A DNA stretch of 64,000 bases, taken from Bugula neritina (taxonomy: Eukaryota; Animalia; Bryozoa). Where the stretch lies: NCBI GenBank assembly GCA_964035545.1, contig OZ037766.1, positions 2,356,001 through 2,420,000 of the forward strand, read 5' to 3'. Position numbers and translations under genes: made by a program. Position 1 is the first letter of the stretch. Each line of letters begins with the position of its first letter. A model generated the notes under the pieces. It had not been told where the DNA came from. It did not search any database and saw only the letters and a program-made list of their open reading frames with translations. Shown here in pieces: positions 39,754 to 52,790 of this stretch.

Positions 39754-42700
39754 CTGAATGATGAGGAAATAGCATGTTTCAAGAAGGATTACTTGTTACA
39801 ACCTCATGGTAAATACGACCTCAAAGTGCAGATACCTCATCTAATCAAGCTAGCAGAAGGCTATCAGCAAAGATATAAAACTCATCACCATTGGACAGAT
39901 GCACTAAAGGTAACCAATGATGTTCAATTACCCAGCCCATGCCTAGCAGATTGGTCAATAAAATCATATGTATGAATATCTTTCTTATAATGTAATACAG
40001 GGTCTTGTATATATAATAGCTTAAAGTAAGCCTTTCAATGCGCACGAAAATATTATTTCTAAAAAAGTCAAACATTTTTCTGTTGCAGTGCCATGCTTTG
40101 TACAACTCAGTTGCCGTCAGGTCCCAGAATAGTGAAACTGACTGGAACCTAAAAGCTTTTCAAGTTCAGCAGATGTTTTGGAAAGACAAAGTCACACTTT
40201 CCTATGAAGAACAGAAACAAATTACTCAAAGCCTCTCTACGTATCTACAGGAAACTCGTATGATAATTAGACAGAACCTTGCGACAGCTGACAGCACCGT
40301 AAAAAAGTTTGCTATTCTACCTGAAGCTGAATTCAATTTAGACACGAAGCTCTTAAGCCATTTCTATGAGTCAATCTCAGAAATTTCTAGCCGCTGTACA
40401 AACAGAATGGTTGAGCTGTCCAGGCGTGTTTTCAACTATTGTGTGAAATACATGAAAGACCGCCCACCTTGTTCTTTTTCAGTGGTAGCAATTGGCTCAA
40501 TGGCTAAAGGAGAGGCAACTCCCTACTCTGATTTAGAGTATATGTTTGTAGTTGAGCAAAAGACCCAGGAGAATCTACGTTACTTTGAACTATTAGCAAT
40601 CATAAGCTACTTCTTTATTGGAAACCTGCAGGAAACTAAGTTGAGTTACATGTCTGTCGAGGAACTAAAATGGTTTGAAGATAAGCAAAAGAATGGCTTT
40701 AAAATTGATGGCTTAGCGGAGGGGGCGGGCAATATTCCAACAGGAAATGGCACCTCAAATGAACCAAATCATTTCATCGTCACGCCACAGGAGTTGCTAA
40801 CAAAATACAAATTAGTTCTAGACAAACCGAATAAGGAAGAAGCCAAGCGTGGTGATTTCACAGCAATGCTGCAATACACACGTCAAATCTTCTGTTACGG
40901 AAAATGTGGGGATTCTCTCTTGAACGAATTTGTCGACCAAAAGTCAAAAATAATCTCAAACAGAGAAAGAAAGCAGATTAATTTAGACATGTTTGAGGCT
41001 GATGCTAAAAAGTACAGCTTCAAACCATCAGAAAATCTGATTGCGAAAGGTTTCTCAGTTGACAGCAAAAAAGAGCTTTACCGATATCCTTCAATACTGC
41101 TTTTCAACATTTCCATTCTCTATAACTTCAGTGAAGCTACATCTTGGTCAACATTAGACAGCCTTCTTGCTAAAGGAATAATTTCTCGTTCTGTTTTTGA
41201 ATCACTAACATTTCTTTTAGCATGTGCTTGTTACTTCCGGTTATCAGCCTATCTCTATCACGACTCTCACGACGACAGACTATCGGTGCTTCCCGTGAGC
41301 GAAATATCCACTGAAAGTAACGCTACGAGCCCAGTAGTCAGGCGGTGGTATTTACCACAAGGCCTCTTCAACAAGTACTGTCAGTATTCTATACCTCTAA
41401 AAGCGCACATTAGCAAATGCAGGACAAAAAATCTAAATGAACTTTTAACCTCAGCTATCCAGCCTCCATCTTGGTTGATCAAATTTCAGACTTTTCACTA
41501 CTGTCATCGTTGGACAAGTGCTTGGAAATATTTCGAAGATTATGTAACTGAAGAAACTGCTTTAAATTTCCCTGAAAAGGCTCTGCAGCTAATAGAGCAG
41601 GAATCAAAACCTGATTTGCAAGAAACTTGGAATTCAGTGAAAGCACTTATTTACCTCTTGTTTCAAAAGAGAGAGCACAAAGCTGCCCTGGCATACTGCG
41701 AAGCCATTCAGTTGAGGACTGAAAGATGTGATAGCTACAAACTTACCGAAGACAGGCGTTTGCTGTCGAGCGACGTGCTTGATTACATCGCTGCTGCCAA
41801 CATTTATTTAGACAATCACCAAACAGCTCTAGCTGCATACACCGAGTCACTCAGTATTAGAGAAAGTATTCTTGAGTCAAACCATGAACTTATCGCTCTG
41901 GCCCACTACAATTTGGGACGTTGTTATCGAGTTCAACACGACTACGATCAGGCAAGTATCTTCTTAATGAAAGCGTTGAACATTTGCAGCAAGAACCAAC
42001 AAGTATCAACATCTGGAGTGATGAGTGGTTACGTTGAACTGTTAGACAGCATAAAGACACCAACAGTGATGCTGACACAGATTGTTTGGCACCTCGGCCA
42101 ACTATACCAGGATTGCAAGTTGTACGAGATGTCAGTGGCATATCTAGACAAAACTAAAAACATGTTTCTGGAGTTGTATGGGAGTGATGCGTACCACAGA
42201 AATATCACGGATATATATTACTCTTTAGCCCAAGTTCTTGATAAATTAGGTCAGACAAAGCAAGCCGATCAATACTACAGAATATCTATGACTGTTATAA
42301 CACAGCTCTTTTCTCAGGGAAACATGGAAAAAGTTCAAAGGCTACACAATTTAGAAACAAAGTCTGATATCGATGCTAACACAGCGTTTGAGTACTACAA
42401 GTTTATTCTAGACACATTTCTTGAGCTCCCAGGCTACAAAAAGCCTCACCCTACTTCAGCTAATGTGTTGAAACACTACGGCCTTCACATGATCAATGTT
42501 AAACAGTACGAGTTGGCTTGCAAGACATTACGCCTATCTTACAAAATGTATGAGAAATCTTCAAAAAATGACTGGCTGAGTATGGATCTCGCAAGTGCTC
42601 TGTCCTTTCTGGCAATGTGCCAATGGAAGAGGGGAGATATAGCTGAGGCTATTAGCACATATACTCAGAGTTTAGAGCTGCTGATGCCAGTTTCGGGCAA

Positions 42701-42887
42701 AGCAGCGCTGCTGAATCTCGCTGAAATTGAGAAGCAACTCGGCGATTTGTACCAAAATGAAAACGACGCAGATCGTGCAAGACATTATATGCTAGCTGCC
42801 AGAACCCACTTCCTGCTGGCGTGGGGCTCTGATACCCATCCTATGAGTTTAGAAGTAGAGAAAATGCTCCATAGACTGCCTTCATAA
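39754..42887 (+). CDS. Nucleotidyltransferase (GlnD/DUF294-like) + helical domain + TPR-repeat protein, at least 984 aa; exons 39754-39909 and 40089-42887, start exon unresolved
   Basis: Pol-beta-superfamily motif VVAIGSMAKGEATPYSDLEY, followed by KKELYR...FRLSAY helical region and TPR-like repeats (IALAHYNLGRCY, DIYYSLAQVL, LASALSFLAMCQWKRGDIAEA, KQLGDLYQNE). The first 17 codons of the ORF-track model lie in an intron (acceptor TTGCAG at 40088). Confidence 0.88.
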
Positions 42888-43901
42888 CTTTTGTTTGCCC
42901 AGTATAGGGTTATCTTCTCCTGCCACATAATCTAGGACTTCAATAGACGTCTTGCTCTTTTACAAGCCATCAACTACATGCAAAATACTACTAATGATTT
43001 CAACAACTCGGTTATTATTTTAGTTTGATTATATTTTCCGATTTTAAAGCTCAAAAGCATATCTCTAGCATTATTTATAATACAAATTATATTTCTTTGA
43101 AGTGCCAAGTCTGACTTTTTCTAAAATTTGAATAACAACAGTGTTTTGTTTTAGCCTCAATATAGTGTTAAAGTATCGTGTACCCATTTTCCATGCTCTA
43201 GATTTCTCTATGGAGGAGACTACTCTTAATATTACATTTGCTACACTTATGGGATGTTTGTTAAGACTTTTATAGCTGTTTTTCAAACACAGCATAATAT
43301 AGAAAGATAGTTGAAATTGAACTGTGAACATTACTCTGTTTATCGTTCTATACGAACAGCACCTAAAATTTTACCACTCAATTTGCCTGCTATATATTAT
43401 TATTTAGAAAATATTCCAATAGGAAGCTGGCTAGCGAACTTTATTCTTGATAAAAGTGAAGATAGCAATGAAAGCATTGGTAGCCATAAAATTGACAGCA
43501 AGATATTACAATATCAAAGTGAACACATAAAAGTAAAATAAATGGTATAAAAACTGAAAAACATTTCAGTTGTACATCAAATTATATAAATTGGTATAAA
43601 GACTGGCGCAAAGAGAGCACAAATCACAGCAAGGTGTGTAGTTTGATATATTCAAGTATAACACAGAGTAGACTAAGAAATTTCTGTTTGACAAGAAACT
43701 CAAAACACAGAAATACATATAAATAGTGGCTAGATACATGTATCAATAAGAGTTATATCATTCTATTTATATCTGACTTCAGTCAACTAAATATCACCAC
43801 CCATTAAAACTATAAACTCACACACAGAGCAAAATAGCCGTTATATAACACATAATATACTACTATATTTATCAATGATTTCAGTACCACTACCAGACCA
43901 G

Positions 43902-46900
43902 TTAATGGTACAATCCCAGTCCAGGGAATTCCTCTGGGGTGAATCCAGCGGGCGCCTTGAATGGGTCGGGTAAGGAGGCAGGATGGCGGCAGATGGGGCA
44001 TGTGGGGGAGCCCTCATTCACCCACTGGCTTACACACTGAAAGGGAAGGTGGTGAAGCATTAGAATACAGTATTCCAGTAGCAATAACATAATATATTAT
44101 GTATATAATAATATATATCATCAGCTAGAGGTCTGAAATGCATGCTTAAATTATTGCTATGAATACAATGCAATTATAGGAGTTAACTTCTCTTGCACAC
44201 AGCATTAACATATCACAAAAGAAATAATCTAATAAAAAATTAAGCTACAACTTTTAAAACTTTATTCTTTGAATATAATTTAAAAAACACATAAGTTCAT
44301 CAACTCTACAAGCAAATGATAAGGTTACCAAGTCAACATTAGTACGTTTAGAGTTATCTTCCCAGACAGTGATAAACTAAACTATCATGTAAATACAAGA
44401 GCCCACCTTATCATGGAACTGGTCGTGGCCACATTTGAGCTTTATCTTCTTCTCTTCAATCGCTCCGTGACATATGACACATTCTTCCCGGTCACCCTAA
44501 CAGAAAGAGGAAGTGATGTCACACATGGTAACCAACGCAATGGATTCACAAAAGTAATTAACAACATGCAAGATATACAGCACTGAGGAGATAATTCCAA
44601 ATAAGAGAACATGGAGGTATTCCTGAACCATATCAAGTTTGAGGAAACTTCTGTTTAGTACTGAAGTTAATCATATATTTATATCAAGTAGATTACGAAA
44701 GGTTAAAAGCTCTTAAAAAGACAAAGTTGAGCAAATTGATGTGAATATTGATTAAATCTGACTACACGAAATTCGGTTAAGTCAAAGAAAGTTTTGTTTG
44801 CACTTCACAGCAAATAGCCGCCCACAGCAAGTACACTAGCAGAAGGAGTGTTTCTACCTGATAAACCTCTTTACACATCAAACGGAACAGCTTACTTACA
44901 AACATATTATTCTTAGAAAGACTTATAAACACAATTCCATTTACACCAGATTTTGCTATAACATACACAGGCATCAAGCTGAAATCCTCGTACAGCACCC
45001 TACCAAACTACTACCAGCCAACAAAACACCCTTAGCTAAAAAAACTTACCAAGTTAGGAGGGTGTTTATCCTCCCCTGCCCAGGGGTCATACTTTCTGGT
45101 GGCGGGAATCAGTCTACCACCGGTTGAAGCCACTTTCTTCTTTCTATTCTCCAGCTCGGCGGGCTTCTTTCTCAGCTCATCCTTAGAGTGAGCGTACACA
45201 CACTGCAAGAACATGGTGTTAGTAAGAACATGGTATGAGTATGCAGCTGGTAGAATGTGTATCATGCTATATAATTGTGATACCTTAGTGCCCACTGAGA
45301 AACAGTAGAGCAAAGTTGTTACTATTTATAGATTCTGCTTGAATAATATACTGTACAGAATAAGCACACTCTAATGGAGTCATATCTTGAGTTTGTTATT
45401 TGATAGACACAACGAATAACAAAAAGAATGAAACAAGAAAGCCATCTTTTCAATTTGTGTAGATTTAATCAATACCAACCGGAGTCAGTCACCTAATGTA
45501 AGAGAAGTATATTGAAACTGTGTTTACAATCTGAACGAGCAGAGCAGCAGAGTAATATCAAACAAGCAGGGGACACAACTACGCCACATTTCAAGTCAAA
45601 ACGAATATACTCAAAGGTATGATGATGTACTGAACATTTTAAAAGACTAAGCAACACAGTGTATTATAAAAAGTAAAAACATATCATACATCATACAGAG
45701 GGGCCACACAGGGTAACAGATTGCATTTAGTTGGCCTCAGTTTCTTCCGACTATTCACCGTACACGCACCTTTTCTGGTTCCTTTTGATGCACACAGGCT
45801 CTTCTCATGTGCTTCTCACAGAGTTCCCATTTTGGCATTTTCTTAAGTTCCTTATTGCTGTGAGCAAAGCGACAGTCCTTGCCCTGCTTACACAGCCCCT
45901 TCTTGTACTTGGTGCACCACCCCGTCTTACGGAGAAGGAACTCGAGCTTGGCAGGGCACAGCTGGTTGTCGCAAGGCTCTTCGTGTGCTCCAGCCACTCT
46001 GTGCTGTAACACACAGCAACAAAAACCTTCTGTCACTCACTTTACACTTTCCATGTGATTTTAAATCATTGAAATTTATTAAATCAGAGAAACACCACCA
46101 AGTAGGAAAATAAAATGTCAAAGTTTCACGTGTATCGTTGCTTTCCAACAACACAGAATATAGCCTTAAAAAAACCAAGTTGTTCAGAATGAGCAAGTGT
46201 GAAGCTGTAGGTTGGCAGACAAGTGTTGGCAGCTGACTCAGATATTGACAGCAACTTAGTAGATGTACTTCTTATATCTGAACTTACACCAAGTAGATGC
46301 GACTGCTACCACTGAATCACTGATAAAGAATGTATACTTCAGAATTTCCAGTCAAGAATTGCACTTTACTTGGTGAAAAAACTTGAAAAAAAGACTTCTA
46401 ACTCACACCAAGTACAAACAAGAATCCTGATACTTCAGGACCAGTAAACAAGCTCTACACACTTCACTCAGTAAAAAAAAGGCACACACTTGGCTGCAAG
46501 AGGCAACCTACATCTTCCAAGGTCTCTCTTGGCCCGGCCAGATCTCGGCCAGCCTCTCCGAACTTGCGGAGATCTTTCTCGCCATGAGCGAAGAGACAGC
46601 TAGCGCCCCAGGTGCAGTGACCATACTGCATGTAGTACTTGCACAGCATTACTTTATACAGAGAGTGCGGGGCCGGGGCGTTCACTTCTCCACTACCACC
46701 CGGTCTCTGCAGAACCACAGGATATGACATCATCAAATGGTATGACATCACAACTGCTAATATTTCACTTCAACAGTTATAGCTACTAGTCTTGACTCAT
46801 CCGTTACTGCATTATCAGTCACATATAGGAGTAGCTCTACTGAGATATATACTTCATAATATAATGTGAAATCCTCACCACACCCGAATAACTACTAACT

Positions 46901-49900
46901 ATTATATGAAGTGCTAGCTCTGCGTAGCCTTAGGGTTTGAATGGCAGCTTACAAGCGGGCCACTCCAACAACCACCCATTTATAACTTCAAAACAGCACA
47001 TGATTACTGAGTGTGAACTTTACACAGGCAAGTAGGCATACATGGTTATACATGGCTATATATACACTACATGGTTATACATACACTACATGGTTATACA
47101 TATACTACATAGTTACACATATACTACATGGTAATACATACACTACATGGTTATACATATACTACATGGTTATACATACACTACATGGTTATACATATAC
47201 TACATGGTTATACATACACTACATGGTTATACATACACTACATGGTTATACATACACTACATAGTTATACATACACTACATAGTTATACATACACTACAT
47301 GATTATACATACACTACATGGTTATACATATACTACATGGTTATACATATACTACATGGTTATACATACACTACATAGTTATACATACACTACATGGTTA
47401 TACATATACTACATGGTTATACATACACTACATGGTTATACATATACTACATGGTTATACATACACTACATAGTTATACATACACTACATGGTTATACAT
47501 ACACTACATAGTTATACATATACTACATGGTTATACATATACTACATGGTTATACATATACTACATGGTTATACATACACTACATAGTTATACATACACT
47601 ACATAGTTATACATACACTACATGGTTATACATATACTACATGGTTATACATACACTACATGGTTATACATACACTACATGGTTATACATACACTACATG
47701 GTAATACATACACTACATATACGCCTTACCTCAGCACTCCTCAGCTCTGCCTTGCCGTGTGCGAAGGTGCAGTGCTCTCCGTTAGGGCAGCGCTTGTCCT
47801 TAGCATAGTTGTTGCAGAGTCTGGTCTTGTAGTTGTGGAACATGAGCTCCTTAGCCTGGGTGCCAGCGCTAGACACGGATGAGGAGGAGCTGGAGGAGGA
47901 GGCCTGCTGAGACGTCTTCACACTAGCCTTGACATTCTTCTCTGCCTCTCCAAACACCTTATCCAAGTCGTGCACCCCTCCGGCAGCATTGGCAGCGGAC
48001 TCGAGGGCAGCTTTGGCCATTCCACTACAGAGATGGGAGAGAAATCAGGTCACATGAACATTGGTTAGATTCTGTCATTAAATGAATCATTTCACATACT
48101 TTTTCAAGTAAAACAAGAAGTTTGATGATCTTTGCATTAATAATAGTGATTCTGGAGTGTGCTGAAAAAGTTTGTAGACAAAACGGAGTGAATTACGAAA
48201 CATCGCGACAACTCTTGCAGCTATCACCTGGGAGAGTCAACTTTAGGAAGTGCTGACTCCTTTCACTGATGCCAGACAGAATAATATAAACATCCACTTA
48301 CTTTTTCACCTTGTACTTGGCAGCCAGCTGGTACACAATGCTCAGAAAGGGCTCTGTATCCCAGTCTATGACATTTTTGCCCTTATTTTTACCCTCTGCA
48401 GTCGCTTTAACTACTTTCTTTGCTGAAACTTTTTTTGACCCTGAATTAAAAGAGTATATCAGTAGTGTGTATACAACAGAGAGCATGGAAATATGATAAT
48501 ATTATTATTAATTATGGTATTATTTATGAAATCAGTCATCCATTAAATTGAAAATAAAACTCATTGCAAGTAAGAAAAGCAGGAAAAGTGAAGATCTAAC
48601 ATCAGATTCGAGGTCCACAAACAGGAATTATCAGAGCATATCTAAGGGTTATCTTCTCCAACTGAGCTGATTATCTCACCTTGTTTATTGGCTAACCTCC
48701 TAGCAAATGCCTCATCATCGTCAGAGCTGGTGTCACTATCTCCAGATCTGTATGTGTCAGCACTTAGATTATGAGTATCTTTACCGGCAGCACCTGTAAT
48801 ACATCCATGTGGGATATAGATACAACTTGAAGGATGTATGTCTTAGCAGCAGCTGTCTATTGCCAGTGGCACACACCGCCAGTGGTGTATCTGAGGGGAC
48901 AAGAGGCATACTGATTGTGATTTACACTTGCAGCTTGGGCATTGTAGATACATCACTATACATTTCTCACAAGTTGGAAAAATAAACTGCTCTAAATTTA
49001 ACAAAACTTTTCCGGAAGCTACTGCAGTGTGCACAATTGGCAGGCTTTGACTTATTATAATCAAGTCACCAGTGGTATATATTTCTCAACTGCGCGGTTA
49101 GCAACTGGGAAATTCCTAAACATTCCATGAATAATCTGGGATATTCCATGTGGTAGTGGGATTTCCACAACGCAATACACGCTATAAACACTGCGCTATA
49201 ATACTCGGAAAATTTGCAATATTTCACCTGTTGAAGCTGATAGCGTGATATCGTTCTTTGAAGAGAATGCACGCCCGTTCACCTGATTACTAGCTGTGCC
49301 TGTACCAGAGTTAATCTAAAAGCAATCATTCATACAGCGTCAGTAGTGAAATAACTGAATGCAAAACCATCACATAGTTACCAACTGAGCTGTTGTAAGC
49401 ATGATCAAGTTTTCAATGAATCAAGAAATCGATATGGAAAATGCTATAGAGTGTAGACCCTTGAAAAGCTCTCAATACCAAACATTGAAAATTTTTCATC
49501 TGTATATTGAAGAGTAGTCTCAAGTTAACTAGTTCCATGCAGAGAAACTTCAAATTTAAAGACTGACAAAATAAAACCAAAGAATTGAGTGAAGCACCGT
49601 CAAAGGGGAAGATGCAATTACATTTTGAGTGGGAGGTGGTGAGGTAAACATATTGTCATCAACTGTAAAGTCATCCAAGCCTCCGTAGCTTCCATCTGAA
49701 TAGGTGAAGTTTTTTCCCAAAGCTGGCACATTATTAGACTGAACAGCTGATGTCGAGGGTGTGGTGGCACTAACTTCCACGGCTTTCACTGTATCTTTTT
49801 TATGTTCATCTAAATTCAAATTATTTACTTGACTTTTGACTTCCGAGAGGCTTTTTTCAATATTCCCATTATTTGACTCAGTCTTCTCACTTTTAGTGGG

Positions 49901-52790
49901 AGTAGCGGGTGGGGAATTAGACAGCACGGTAGACAGGGCAGCGTTAGCAGTCTGTGCTCTAGACACAGGAAACATAGAGAAAAAGCCCCCAGGTTGAGGC
50001 GTATTCACGCGTGTGTTAGAACTTGTTAGGAATGGCTTGGGCTGCTGGGACACATCTTTGCTATGGCCATTCACCTGCTGGTTCGCAACACTAGGGGCTA
50101 CTGGGTTACCGTTAGCTACAGTTACAGGTGAAGGGTACCGCTGGTCTACGGGCATCATAAGTGGCTGGGTGTAGCGCTGCTGTTGGTAGAGCTGCTGCTG
50201 CTGTTGCACAGACATTTGCTGAGCATTGTAATGCTGTACCAGATAATGCTGTGGTAATACTTGTTGCTGTGGTAAGACTTGTTGCTGGGCTAACACTTGT
50301 TGCTGGGGTAGCGCTTGTCTTTGCTGTAACATCTGTGACTGTTGAGAAGGCACCTGCTGGTGCTGCTGCTGGTGTGGCTGCTGCTGCTGTCGAAAGCTCT
50401 GGTTATTATAGTAAGGTGCTCCATTGTAATATTGGTTGCCAGTGGTGGATGCAACAGGGTAGGTAGCAGGGGGCTGTACACCGTTGAACCCGTTGGAAGT
50501 GGATCTACTTGAAACTGGTACTTGCGGATTAGCAGCTGAAAAGAAACATTAGTTAATGTACAGTTTAATACTACATGGTGATGTTAAACTGGGAGTTGAA
50601 GATTGACATCTTTTTGGGTTTTACTCAGTATCAATTAATTCACAGAAGTTGAGTCAATTTAAGAACATATTTTTAGGAGTTTTCCTACTTCTATACCTCT
50701 AAAAGGAGATAACCAGAACTACACTGAATGCAATTGGGAGAATGAAATTCAGTCATAACTCTGAATTATCTCCAGTGACTTGCACTGCAAAACAAAGCAT
50801 ATGATATTTTGCTGCTAGACTTTGACTTGTTTTCAGATAATAACACACGTTACTCTGCTTGCTATGACTTGAGAGATCTTAGGACTTGATTGACTGAACA
50901 CAAGTCTCACTTGGGGAGTAGAACCTAAACTATACCAGCTCAAGTTTCCCTGAAATGTATCTCTCAATATGAACACAGCAAATGGAGTTTCAAGCTTCAA
51001 ATGATCTTCAGCAAGCAAATGACAACTTCTAATTGACTAAGACCAAAGCTGACAATGTTTAGGAAATTCCTACATAAAACTTCCTGTTAGGGATAAAAGC
51101 AGTAAAATTTACCAACAGCTAACTGAAATAGAAATTTGCAGCCAATTTAAAGCGAATTAAATGCACTTAAAATTCTTTTAGAGAACAGCAAACCAATCAC
51201 TATTGCCAAGTACAAATGACTAGTTGCGTTACTAATAACAACTGACTGGACATACAATAGTCTATCACCAACCCATTACAGGTCATTGCTGGTATTAAAA
51301 TCTTCCACTAACAAACAAATCCCTTAGCATTGAGCAAGCACTGGAGTGTGACAACTACGCAACAACTTTCAACAGAATAGAATGAAACTGTCAACTCAAA
51401 GTGATGAGCTAGAATATTATAATAGTAGCTAAATCTTGCAGTAGGTGAGATTATCTAAAGCAACACTATTGGGAGGGGAGAAGGAGATATGAAACTGTAT
51501 TATAATAGATGCTGTTCTTCCGTCTCAATGGAAGATTTTCACAGTTAAACAGTGAATCGAATAGAATAAGAATATGCACTGTTGGACTTAGTTAATAGAG
51601 AGCACTATGTAGTACAATTCCTTTCTAAATCACTGATTAGAGACGTATTCAGCTATTGAAAACCTTCAATTAGGCCAAATAAACAGATCTGGCCTTCAGA
51701 AGTTGAGGTTGGGGGTTGAACACCTCCCAACACAATGAAATACTAGCCTATTTCAGCACACCTTTACAAGAACGCATGATCACACTTACCCACTTCATTA
51801 TCTTTAGAAGAGTTGCCTTTACTTTGAGTCTCTCCACTATCTACTAAAGACTCAATTTTGTTAGACTTCTCCTTAGCTCTAAGCTTTGCTATTATTATAT
51901 CTTTCACCTCGACTGGATTTTCAGTGGAAAGGGGAAGTTCGTCCATTTCTAGTCCACGGTCTATAGCTTCAGTGCAGTAGTCGTATATTTTCTGTAAGAA
52001 ACACAAAGTAAATCCTACTTCAATAGTCAGAGAAAAATCAACTGCACCAACTCTAAACAAATTATTCAATAGTGCATTCATCCTGGCAAAATATCCATAT
52101 ACAGGAACTAGAACATACAACTAGCAAAAATAGCCTGAGTAACACAACATGCATGCTAATGGCTGCTTTAGTCTGAGTAAGTACAGAAGAAAAGCATTTG
52201 CTGCAGATTATACCTCAGTATTCTCTCTTTGACGAAGCAAATCAGCAGAGTTAGATCTAAACTCTGCTACCAATCGTTCAGTTTGCTCCGGCACACCACT
52301 ATACAGTTTGGTTTTATTAGAAAACTCATCTTCTAAACATTTTAATTTAAATTTTATTTTCTCGTCATATACATCTTTTTTCAGGCGGAGAAAAGCTTTC
52401 TGAAAATAAATAGAAAAAAGAAATGATACAAAATAGGCACAAGTATAACTGCATGAGAACACTCCCACAACACCTAACTTCCTAGTTTATTTACTGAACA
52501 TATTTATGCCAAACTAACAGTGATTTTTTTCAACAAGTTACACCATAGTCATTAAAAATACTATTGATCAAAATCATTCAAAAAATTTATTCTTAAATAT
52601 TATATATTTCAAGAAAATCCAAACCAGCTACACTGCGCATGAGTAAAACCACATTGATAGTAGAATTGTTATAATGTATGTATAAATATTAGATATATCT
52701 CACCTCTGCACGTATTGATCTACTACAGTTAACTAGATAAACAGCTTCAGTTTGAGTGGCTTGGTCCACCATGTTATAAATTTGTTTCAT
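43902..52790 (-). CDS. Four CCCH zinc fingers + C-terminal RING-H2 (putative RNA-binding E3 ligase), 940 aa, 13 coding exons
   Basis: Exons 52790-52704, 52399-52214, 51991-51790, 50535-49598, 49282-49228, 48793-48680, 48440-48302, 48024-47730, 46706-46512, 46003-45770, 45202-45050, 44496-44407, 44036-43902; all GT-AG with matching phases (2823 nt). Fingers start YKTRLC, YKVMLC, RKTGWC and PKWELC. RING: CVIC..CGHDQFHDKC..CPIC. Confidence 0.9.
47040..47718. repeat. 19-bp minisatellite, about 35 copies, intronic
   Basis: Unit ACTACATGGTTATACATAC with G/A and C/T variants. Confidence 0.97.

Noticed and set aside
40038-40088. ATG at 40038 as the true start of the 949-aa ORF
   Set aside because: It lies upstream of a strong acceptor at 40088, and an in-frame coding exon exists at 39754-39909.
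47013-47882. HGYTYTT-repeat ORFs
   Set aside because: Translations of the 19-bp minisatellite.
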